Below, in pieces: positions 1 through 9,502 of a stretch of 64,000 nt of DNA. How positions within the stretch are numbered: the stretch's first letter is position 1; every line of letters starts with the position of its first letter. Below the pieces are notes generated by a model. It saw nothing but the letters and a program-made list of their open reading frames with translations. It was not told the origin of the DNA and did not search any database. Source of the DNA: Veleropilina oligotropha (taxonomy: Eukaryota); the NCBI GenBank assembly GCA_048128005.1, contig JBEUKZ010000019.1:248001-312000 (forward strand), read 5' to 3'. A program made the translations under genes and the position numbers.

Positions 1-2917
1 GCACGCACCACCACCCACGACACTACCCTTGGAAATCAGAAATCCATGTGTTTGTTTTAAGACACATTTTAGCAGTTATACAGTTTAGTCGTTATCCATT
101 TAATTTTAGCATGAAATCGGTGATGTCTCTATTGCTCTTTATTCGTGCAACCCCTCAGCGATTATGGACTTTACATCTCGCCTCACTAGAACATTTTTTC
201 CCCATCATCTTCGCACACGACAGAATCAAATATGCCTAGATAATTCCTGGGTACATTGCTCACATGTACAGTATCAAGGAATCCGACCCAGATATATGGA
301 TTGAATTTGAGAAATGGAATTTTTGCGTAAACAAAACTAAAGTAGCATTCTGCAGCATCGGTGTAGATCACGCGATAGCGCATGTAAATCGCATGTTGAA
401 AGTCAAGGGTGTGATCACTGGCATAACACAAAAGCCAGCAGCTTTGGCTATATTTTTTCTAGCAGCCCCCGAGTTATCACGACTGACTGAGCAAGTCTAC
501 GAAATGGCCAACGCTACACCACAAAAAATGATGAAACACCACGAACTGTCAGAGGCTGTGATTAAACGTCAGGCATGCAACGTACAGAGGCTTCAGAGTG
601 TCATTGAGAAATGGAATCCCTTCGCACAGAAGAGTGGTAACCTGGTTAACATCGTCACGCATGCAGTAATGCCAGATAATGTCAAAGAGGATATCACCAG
701 AAGTCATGAAGCTGGAAAAGAAAGATATATCGTCAATTTGTAGAGAACCGCGTTGTGAAGATAAAATTACCCTCGCAGGTAGTTGAACTGAAACAAGACA
801 GGTCTCTCTTTGCAAGATTACTTATTGTCGCACAATCTCGTGCTGATGTGAATCTCAAAGAAGCAATCGGAAGGTATGAATTTATATGCATTCCAAGGTC
901 GCTCTTTTCCATGATGGGTCTGTTCTTGCCTGCCTCGATAAGAGCAAGCTTATGGCTATTCTATAAGCATCGCCACAGCATGATATAAACACCGACAAAT
1001 ACACAGAAAGACGCTCACGAACAGGATGACAAAAAAGTTCTGATTATTGATGGTATGGCTGTGGTACAAGAACTGTAAATGTTGTCTCCGAATACATGTG
1101 CAGAATTTGCAGATTATTTCACTCGCACGATTGCAAAACGGTCTGCATCTAGTCTTTGATCGATATGATGTCCAGCAGTCATTGAAGGAACGAACTAGAC
1201 ACCTCCGTTATGGTAAACATGAGACAGCGCACGAATACGAAGTGTCTGACTCAACAAAGACCATGGTTCCTTTGAAGAAATTATTTAGCATCAACAAGAC
1301 CAAAGACAGACATACTGTGTACCTGGCTCAATTCGAACACGGACCAGCACTGATTGTTTCATCAATGGACGGAGCGCAATCACACCATTTTGATGTAGAT
1401 CATTTGTCGAGCAACTGCGAGGAAGCAGACGTTCTTCTTATTTTGCATGCCTTGTATGCTTCCAGCAAGGAAATACGGTATACATATTATATAATGTCCC
1501 CTGAAACGGATGTCTTCGTTCTTGCCGTGAGCAGACAACCACAACTCGGAAATTGTGCTTGCATGATAGTAGGAACTGGAAAAAAACGACGCACTGTTCT
1601 TCTCTCACCAATATACCAGGCCATTGGACAAAATATTGCACATTGCTTACCCGGATTCCATTGTCTCACAACATGACGTTTCTCAGGTAAAGGAAAAATA
1701 TCATGTTGGAATGTTTTGTTAAAAGCAGACAAAACTGTTATCGAGTCCATCACCAGCCTTGGCCAAGTGGATCCCCCATCACAAGACATGTACGATGGCA
1801 TTGAGGAGTATGTTTGTCTACTCTACGGTCCACACCCCAATATTATCGAGAAACTGAGATGGCACCTCTTTACAAAAAAGCAAGCAGAAGCTGAAAACTT
1901 GACACCCACATCCTCAGAGCCCATTACCAAGCAATGGTATGGTGCAATGACTCTACAATGAACACAGTGATCCCATCACCATTAGATTACGGCTGGGCAT
2001 TCGAAACTGACCAATTACATTCCTGTGGTTTCTGATTCACCAGAAGCTATTGTAGAGCTGGTAAAATGTGGCTGTGTTGCAAGCATGTGTGCTTCATCTC
2101 TGTGCTCATGTAGGAAACATGGTCTAGCATGTACTGAAATGTGCGCGTGCGAAGCAGAGGATGCAACTTGTCTCAACTCGTCTCAGGAATTATTCCCTTC
2201 TGAGGATGAATCTGACGAAGATATCTAAGATGAATGCTGCCTATCCAAATATTGTAACTACATAATATGACCTACATAGTAACTATTGTGAATATACTTT
2301 CACTTAAGTATAATTTATTTAACAAAAACATGTTTGTTTGGTTTGGATCGATGCTTCTTAATGTCCTGCATATAACCTTCGGGATCAATCCAAGACATGC
2401 CTATACTATTTAGGGAGGAAAACCACCCCTCTCCGGTCAGTTTTGGACAATTGTCACTGGTAACTGAAATAAGATTGCAATTGCACTGATCGAGATTCGA
2501 ATGCGCTACTGTTAGACATGACAGTGAAACCAGTTAACTCGGAATTTTTGTGATTTTCGTTCATGAGCATGGCTTGTTTCGTCTATATCTACACCAAACA
2601 TACATGTATCAACACCAGACCTACTGCATTAGATATATTTCACAACGATCTTTAATTTGATATGCAACTTGCCTATGTTTCAAGTAAATTTTCAAACTGT
2701 ATCCTTACATTTATTGGTATTTTTGCGCAAATATACAATAATCATAAGCATCTTCAAAATACATAGGAAAAAATGACACCAGGTTTTTTTTGCATCTATT
2801 ATAAAGAACGAAATAATATCAATGGCGAAGAATTAACAAAGAAATCCCACGGGAATACATATGACCCTACACTAATGAGGAAAAAGCTTGGGCTGGCGTG
2901 CAATATTGACTAGACCA
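1..2917 (+). mobile_element. Decayed Academ-like DNA transposon (3' part), fragmented transposase/XPG-like nuclease/Cys-rich ORF
   Basis: Collinear + strand ORF fragments (48-2228) are broken by stops and frameshifts. They show XPG/PIN-like motifs (LHLVFDRY, CEEADVLLILHA, SPETDVFVL, LPGFHCLT) and a C-terminal CGC..C..CSC..CT..CAC finger with an acidic tail, as in Academ proteins. The candidate terminus is ...ATATTGACTAGACCA near 2917. The 5' part lies outside the window. Confidence 0.6.
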
Positions 2918-2941
2918 ATGATTATCATCCACTCTATCACT

Positions 2942-3516
2942 ATTCAGCAAGGCGTGCCGCAAGAATGAGTCATTTTTCCAACACTCGTCATTATCTTCAA
3001 GCCATATGATGCAGGTAACACGCACATGTCGTTAGATGGACTTCTGTCTGGGGTGAAGAAATCTACACCACCAAGACAGTCACTACAATCTTCTCTTTTT
3101 GAACGCTGCCAGAGCCTGTTAGGCTGAAGATGAACGGAAGGGAGCTGGAACAGAAAGACGCTTGAGCATACTAGTACCCGGGTGTGAAGTGAGACCAGAG
3201 GCTGGAACTCACATCTCAAGAACATCGTGAAAAAGATGACATTGAATTTCTGTTTAATGACTAAATTAACAGTATTTCAGTCATAAACTGGGTCAATCAA
3301 CTTCGAATAATGAGATGAATTGGTGGTACGTGCAAAGGAGGCAACGATCAAGGGAAATAACCCCGGCACTCCGTGGAATTGAACCCAGCGCTTCTCGTTA
3401 GTAGACCAGCGCATGATATGCACTAGGAAGCTCGCCATCGTGAAGAAGCTGGCTGGAACATGTTGGAGTGCAAATAACAGCATCTTGTGGAAGTTGTATG
3501 TGGTCACTGTCAGGCC
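2942..3516 (+). mobile_element. Degraded non-LTR retrotransposon (RT region), left half; interrupted by the Polinton-like element
   Basis: CAAGGCGTGCCGCAA encodes the QGVPQ RT motif. A YPGV (YLG-like) remnant and RKLAIVKKLAGTCWSANNSILWKLYVVTVRP end exactly at the TSD. It contains a tRNA-like (B-box) SINE fragment on - at about 3360-3430. Confidence 0.8.
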
Positions 3517-3835
3517 AGCAGCAGGGGGGGTGAATGCACTTTTTAGAATGGGAAAATACGGCTCCCAGCACCATTTCAGAACTGATAGGGTTGTACTGGT
3601 GGGAACTAGGGGGTATAGACTAGGGGCGGGGCGGCCGCCGTGGAGGCTCCCAGCACCCTTTCAGAACCCAGGGTAGGGATTGTATTACAAAAAGTCACCG
3701 TGTGTACAAACTAGGGTAGCTTAGAATAGTCAGCAGGGAGGGTGACCATACCTTTTAGAATGGAAAAAATAAGGCTCCCAGCACCCATTCCGACCAACGT
3801 AAACTATATAGAGCCCCAGGGATGTTCCCTGGGGT
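3517..3835 (+). repeat. Left terminal region: 17-bp TIR plus modular subterminal repeats
   Basis: Modules AGCAGGG(n)GTGA, TTTTAGAATGGGAAAATA, GGCTCCCAGCACC (three copies), CTAGGGTAGCTTAGA and CCGACCAACGTAAACTATATAGAGCCCCAGGGA all recur inverted at the right end. Confidence 0.85.
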
Positions 3836-4625
3836 TAAATTATAACACTTACCTATGCTCGCCTGGCTCCTGTATGTTAATAGCTGTAACGTTATACCAG
3901 GAAGTATTGTTTGCGGTTATGAATGGACGGCAATAGCAGTTTATTGCCACATTCCCATATATAACCTCTGACGATCTCTGTTCTTTCTAGAAGCTTTCCA
4001 CGTACACATTCCCATATATAACTTGTTGACGATTTCTGATCTTTCTAGAAACTCATTGCCACGTGACCATGACTCCACTAGATTACTGTCCACCATGTAA
4101 ACATGGGGACCGATTTTTATTTTCTGTGCCAAACAGAATCTTGGGGACCAAGATTTTCTAACTGTGCCAGTAGGTTTTTTTTTCTTTTTCACCAACAGCT
4201 AAATACCTATACGACAGCTTGCGACTTCTTTGCTATGAGAAATGCGTTAGACAAAATCTAGGTCAGCCAGCTTGAGATAGCAGCGAGAGAACAATGGAAC
4301 GGTAGGCGCGACCAGATATTTGTAAAGACATGGCTTGATAGGCCAAGCGTTTATATTTACCCACTGAGAAATCCACTAGGCGTCTATTGTTTCATGGTTT
4401 TAAGTAATTGAGGCTGTACTGGATAGTCAACAATGGACAGCCGGCAGGCTGTATTAATACTACACGTGACCTGAAGCGTATGCGATTCGCCTAATCCAAC
4501 AATAACTTATTGATGCGAGGTATTTCATTCATAAATCGGACAAAGGTCGCTCTCGTCGACCTGGAAAATATTTATATAAACAGCTGTGACATATTGTAAG
4601 GCAAGAGATTTCCTAAGCAGCTGTT

Positions 4626-5057
4626 TTATATGAATATATAGTTGCCCGATATTAAAGTACAATTACAGGGTGAGATGTGTCCGACTTTTCTCCACATACC
4701 GAAGCAGCCAGACAGCATGGTGTAATACTCCCCATTTTTGCCAGGACATAACGAGGGGGTCGAACACTGGACACATGTGACAGTATCTCGGGGTGTGGCA
4801 GGGCTACAGTCATTTTCTCCGATAATAAAATAGTGGCACGACGGTGGGGAGACATCAGGGGTGGGGTCTCTACCCGGGCGAAGAAGCAAGTTTCTACGTA
4901 AGGGGTCAAATCGGGCGTTATACCTGGGATGATTTCGGTACCTTGCCCACGTATGTTCCAGAATTAATGCCGTGTTGTGTGTCGACGCCTGGGTAGAAAC
5001 ACCCCCTAGCCAGCACACCGCGACAATGCACAGTAGCATAGATTTCATGGATTTCAT
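4626..5057 (-). CDS. Viral secreted cysteine-rich protein (possible cystine-knot/IL-17-like)
   Basis: 143-aa ORF with a signal-peptide-like N-terminus (MLLCIVAVCWLGGVSTQA), 8 Cys in the mature part and a C-terminal CNC. Confidence 0.6.
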   Translation of the reverse strand: MKSMKSMLLCIVAVCWLGGVSTQASTHNTALILEHTWARYRNHPRYNARFDPLRRNLLLRPGRDPTPDVSPPSCHYFIIGENDCSPATPRDTVTCVQCSTPSLCPGKNGEYYTMLSGCFGMWRKVGHISPCNCTLISGNYIFI

Positions 5058-5139
5058 GGTTGTCCAGATATCACTGTCGATTTCTAGCTTTAATACGGGG
5101 GAGGAGCGGGGTAGTCGTGGCTACGCTCAACCTGGATAG

Positions 5140-5772
5140 TTAGTCGCCAGCTCCGATTTTTTTCAGCAGCTCTGCGCGACCCTCTAAACGACCTCGCTCA
5201 ATAAGCTCGCTTTGGGTCTGTGAAATCGCGGTGTGCGCCTTCCTACTCTTATCCCGGATTGATGCCTTCATGGCTTGGTATTTCTCCATCTCCCCTGTGA
5301 CCAGTTGGAATTCATCATCAGACATCACCCCATCTGATAAGGCCTTTGAGACGTGGTCGGTTATGGTATTCAGCTTGCTGTCGGCCAGGACTCGAATCTC
5401 GTCGTGTTTCTTAGCCTTCACCCCGAGGCGCCGGCTGATATATTTCCCACCCATACTGGCGAGCCCACACCCTAATGCCGCTAATTCCAGCACTAGGACG
5501 ACCGGGGCGGCTACGATCGTGGAAAGTAGACCAATTCCAGCGCTACCCATACCAAGTGTGGCGACGACTAGTCCGTTATCTATACCGTCAACGACGTTAA
5601 CACCTCGTCGGTACTTTTTATATAGTGCAGCCCGGGCATCCCGTTCTCGCTCTAGCTGTCCGTGAAGCTCATTCACTTTCTGTAGTCGGAAAGACTGTGC
5701 CTCATGCAGTTCCGAAGGCACATCGCCACCAAGCTGTGGGTACAGCGTTGGCGCTGAGGGCTTGTTGTTCAT
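5140..5772 (-). CDS. Viral membrane protein with PSAP and LYPxL motifs
   Basis: 210 aa: N-terminal PSAPTLYPQL, a coiled coil, a long hydrophobic hairpin (GLVVATLGMG...LGCGLASMGG) and a helical C-terminus. Its ATG overlaps the upstream stop (ATGA at 5769-5772). Confidence 0.8.
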   Translation of the reverse strand: MNNKPSAPTLYPQLGGDVPSELHEAQSFRLQKVNELHGQLERERDARAALYKKYRRGVNVVDGIDNGLVVATLGMGSAGIGLLSTIVAAPVVLVLELAALGCGLASMGGKYISRRLGVKAKKHDEIRVLADSKLNTITDHVSKALSDGVMSDDEFQLVTGEMEKYQAMKASIRDKSRKAHTAISQTQSELIERGRLEGRAELLKKIGAGD

Positions 5773-6131
5773 TGTTCGTGGCTGTATTGTTCAGCCTGTT
5801 GATTCCGAATGTCTACCGTTACGGAAACGTTCAAATACATCGTGCCAACCCACGGGGCCTTGACGACGAAGGCGAGGGTCAGCCTGTCCGAATTCAGGCC
5901 AAGCGTACTTATGGAACATGCTTTGGGGCCCCCGGCAGGCTGGACCGGCGTCATGTGAATCATTAGGAGGGCTGGGTTCAACCCAAACCGGCCTCCATTA
6001 TTGGGAAGAAGGAACTCCCTCTTCGCCAGTCCCTTCTTCTTGGGTGCTTCTCCACAATTAAGAACAAAGTGCCACCGGGTCGGGGAAGAGGGCTCATCTG
6101 CCCGCAGGGTCCCATAGATGCTGCTGCTCAT
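5769..6131 (-). CDS. Viral hypothetical protein (120 aa, beta-rich)
   Basis: Fills the gap between its neighbours exactly, with ATGA start/stop overlaps at both ends. Confidence 0.7.
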   Translation of the reverse strand: MSSSIYGTLRADEPSSPTRWHFVLNCGEAPKKKGLAKREFLLPNNGGRFGLNPALLMIHMTPVQPAGGPKACSISTLGLNSDRLTLAFVVKAPWVGTMYLNVSVTVDIRNQQAEQYSHEQ

Positions 6132-6868
6132 TGTATCGCAAGGACTGCGGTAATGGGCATGCCGTGATTGTCGATCGGGTTACTGTCTGCGTCTGTGACG
6201 TACACCTTCAACTCTGTGATTAGCCCTGCCTGTAGTCGCCGGCCGGCGGGATAGCTATGATAGTGGCCAGCTTCACCGAACATCTGCGACGTGATAGGGA
6301 CCACCGCGAGAATAGTGCTCGGGGCGCCGTCCTTCACATTGTGCGTTGTACTAAGCTGCTCCAGGTGGACGTGCAGGGTTGGCGCTATGGCAAACCCGAC
6401 AGGCTTATTCCCGTCATAAGTCCCAGGGCGTAGCCACTCGGATCTCTCCGGAGGGGGAGGTGGTTGGCCCTGTACTCCCCGAACCGATGGGTTCAGATTC
6501 CCTGCTTTATCGAGAAAAAACGAAGACAGGTTTAAGCCGAGGAGTTTTCGTATATCGTCGCTTATCGCGAGTCGAGTCCCCTCTGGGACCACGATTCGGG
6601 CGAGCCCTGTAGCATGGCTTACATCCAGCTGTAGGTTCTTTAGCGACCTCTTCATCGTCTTGGCGAGGTCATCGAAGCTGTAGAAACCTGGTGTCACGTC
6701 GACCGTGGCATCCGGGGTCTTAAAGAAGGCTCCGGCATGCACATTATGCCAGCCTACCCAATAGTCGAGCGACTGCAAGCTGACACATAGCTTGCCGTCC
6801 CGGTTATCAATCGGCTCCAGGAGGGCAACCGCGGTCCCCTCTTGAATGTTTGTTAATGTGTGGAACAT
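6128..6868 (-). CDS. Minor capsid protein (penton, single jelly-roll)
   Basis: 246 aa with the Polinton penton-like pattern: VSLQSL, VTPGFYSFDDL, LHVHLEQL, STILAVVPI and C-terminal ITELKVYVTDADSNPIDNHG. Confidence 0.8.
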   Translation of the reverse strand: MFHTLTNIQEGTAVALLEPIDNRDGKLCVSLQSLDYWVGWHNVHAGAFFKTPDATVDVTPGFYSFDDLAKTMKRSLKNLQLDVSHATGLARIVVPEGTRLAISDDIRKLLGLNLSSFFLDKAGNLNPSVRGVQGQPPPPPERSEWLRPGTYDGNKPVGFAIAPTLHVHLEQLSTTHNVKDGAPSTILAVVPITSQMFGEAGHYHSYPAGRRLQAGLITELKVYVTDADSNPIDNHGMPITAVLAIQ

Positions 6869-6875
6869 AGTAGCT

Positions 6876-8156
6876 ATGGCTAAGAGCGCCTTTGCGTTTA
6901 ATAGGAGTGCTGCCTATCCGACCGGTGTGGTGTACCCAGCAAAGATCAAAGATGAGCAGCTTACGAGACCAAGCATCAATGTGGGTAATGGCTCAACCAC
7001 GACATTCGGGGCAACATACCCCGACGTCTTTCAGAAATACCGCCTCCCTCACGTCGCTAGTGACGGGCTGATAAGGGCCTGGCAGACCACGCCGATGCGG
7101 TTCTGGCAGAACAAAGTCAATTTCGCAGTTTGGTGTGCCACAACAGGTTCCGGTATCTCCTCAGAAGACCACTTGAATGCTACTGCAGCCCCCCTCTCCA
7201 CTGCTGTATTCACCTTCCACGTCTACAATCAGGTCAGAAGGATCTTGACCGAGATTCAGGCGCCGCTGCCACAAGACAGGACGTGGGACGCATTCGACAC
7301 TCCGTATGATCGAAGGGCATATGAGAAGATCTGCAGCGAGTTTGGAGTGTCCCCACATACCGACTGGCGTGTCAAGGGTCCCAATAAAGGGCTCGGCACT
7401 GCCTACAACTACTGGACGAACAACGGATACCACTCCATCGGAAAGGATTACGATCCCAGCTGGATGTCCTTCGCCAAAACGAAGGACCTACATGTGGACT
7501 ATATAGCACAGGATGCAGGCACTTCGTGGGCTACTTTTATTCTGGACAAGTCGGTGGGATTCACCCAGGCCGGCGTGGAGAGGCTCAATGATTCCATTAG
7601 GACCTATGTCTGGGCGATTCTTGGAGCGCAGGCTCAGACACGCACAAGTATTCTGGGGAGTGGTACCGCATTCGACGCGCAAAAGCAATTTCTGTCAAAC
7701 GTCGAAGACGCAATCGCATCGCCAGTGGACCTCCCTGCAGCCATCAAACGGTACCAGGACGTTTTGCAGTATGCCAGGTCTAAAGTAGACTTCGTATTCG
7801 GCGTCGGCCTTTACATGGCGCCAAGTGACATGCTCCTTCGGGTAGGGCATGTGGCTGGGTATAACAACGAAATCGTCGTTGCCACGGAAGCCCAGACCCT
7901 AGGTCTTAATACTACGGTGAACGCGGCCAATCCTGTGCCGCTCAACGCCACTGGGGAGACTGGAGAAACAGGATTGGTCATCCCACAAGACGCCGTCTTA
8001 CCCGCAGATGCGGTCACTCCGAAGCATCGTGGCTCTCTGCCGGCTGTGGCCCCAGTGGCAGCTGTTTCAGCTGGGGCAACCAAACATGACGAGGATAAAA
8101 CCGCACTTATCGTGGGCGGCATTGTCGTTGGCCTAGCGTTCATTTGGCTTACGTGA
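6876..8156 (+). CDS. Viral hypothetical protein (about 426 aa) with C-terminal transmembrane anchor
   Basis: Long intact ORF (track 6846-8156; the non-overlapping ATG is at 6876). A Pro/Ala/Val-rich stalk precedes TALIVGGIVVGLAFIWLT. Confidence 0.8.
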   Translation: MAKSAFAFNRSAAYPTGVVYPAKIKDEQLTRPSINVGNGSTTTFGATYPDVFQKYRLPHVASDGLIRAWQTTPMRFWQNKVNFAVWCATTGSGISSEDHLNATAAPLSTAVFTFHVYNQVRRILTEIQAPLPQDRTWDAFDTPYDRRAYEKICSEFGVSPHTDWRVKGPNKGLGTAYNYWTNNGYHSIGKDYDPSWMSFAKTKDLHVDYIAQDAGTSWATFILDKSVGFTQAGVERLNDSIRTYVWAILGAQAQTRTSILGSGTAFDAQKQFLSNVEDAIASPVDLPAAIKRYQDVLQYARSKVDFVFGVGLYMAPSDMLLRVGHVAGYNNEIVVATEAQTLGLNTTVNAANPVPLNATGETGETGLVIPQDAVLPADAVTPKHRGSLPAVAPVAAVSAGATKHDEDKTALIVGGIVVGLAFIWLT

Positions 8157-9466
8157 CCCACTGTCTAGCGGCAATAAGAAGCAAGCCCCCAACTGATATG
8201 ACCAGTGCCCATAGGTTTTCAGCGAGCCACGATGCTGTCTTGCCAATCAGGTTGATTAGCCAGGAGACCAGGCTTCCAAGTATTCCTGGGAGCGCGGCTG
8301 CGGCCTTCCCTGCTAGTTTGCCTAGAATCCTTCCCAGGTTCTGCAGCTGCTTTTTGACCCACTCCTTGACCCCGCCCTGACCACTGGGAGGTGGTGGTGT
8401 TGGTGGTATGCTCGGCGCTCCGCCTGTCAGGGCTAGTACCAAAGTCGAGATGGCGAGCCCGATAGCGGTCAGTATTGTTGCGATCGTAACCCCTTGCTCG
8501 CGGAACAGGGTCCGGATACGCTCGGCCAGCGTTGTGTCGGTGTTCAGGATCCGATTTAGCATCTCTCGGATCCGGCTGATTTGAGAGCGTAGGGCCTCCC
8601 GGCTTGATGAGGCTGCCTCTAGGCGAGCTGCTCGTTCATCGTTTAAGTTGCGCAGACGTTCCGCGATCCGTCGACGGATGAACTCATCCACACCGCCCTC
8701 TTCATCTGCCTGATCGAGCTTCATCTTCTCCAGCTCTATGTGTTCGTCCAGCGCCGTTAGTTTGGCTAGATTGTTGGTTAGTTCGCCTCGGATGGTCTGC
8801 ATCGCCTTGTCAAGTCCGCGAAGCTCGCGAAGATTTAATGGAGGGTCCCCCATTGTGCCTAAGATCTCTTCAACCTCGGTATCAGTGAATTTCGTCTCCA
8901 TCGTGTGGATTGCTACCGAGGCATCAGTAGCAGTCTGCCCCAAGTCCCGCAGTTCTACGTTTTCGACATTAGCGGCCGCACCGCTCAACTCGTTGTCGGC
9001 TGTCTGAAGAGCTGCAACCGCTTTTGAGGACGGCTTTTGTCCCCCCCGCGTCCAGTGTACAAAACCCAACCCTTCACGGATTGCATCACCCCCACCAGGC
9101 CGGCCAGCTATTGTTGACAACGCCAAGGGGTTGCCGGTGCGAGAATTTATGAGATTGATGTCGGGGTAGTCTGTCATCACCAATTTCCCCCCCCCTCCCT
9201 AATTTTCCCCTCACATACTTGAATTTTGAATAATCTCGCCCCGTGGCTGGGGTCTGCCCCTCCTGTGCCAGGGCTTTGTAGTAGTCGTCAACCACGCCCT
9301 GAACGAGCTCTTGCTGAAGACTGCTGGTTCCTTCCTGTGGCCGTTCCGAAAGAAGCCCTGGCATAAACCGGTCGGTGGATAGATCCACATCAGTATCGTC
9401 GATGATGGTATCATCGTTGTCGATGAGATCGTCCGGCTCGAATGCGGGGTTCTCGAATTCCGCCAT
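8149..9466 (-). pseudogene. Viral coiled-coil/membrane protein split by a frameshift near 9185-9205
   Basis: ORF 9086-9466 (acidic MAEFENPAFEPDD...) and ORF 8149-9183 (coiled coil, hydrophobic helix, PPTPPPP linker, amphipathic and hydrophobic C-terminal helices) meet at a G-run with a local duplication (minus strand GAGGGGAAAATTAGGGAGGGGGGGGGAAATTG). Confidence 0.65.
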
Positions 9467-9502
9467 TTGAATACATCAGTGGGATACGCATCTAATTCAG
9501 CC

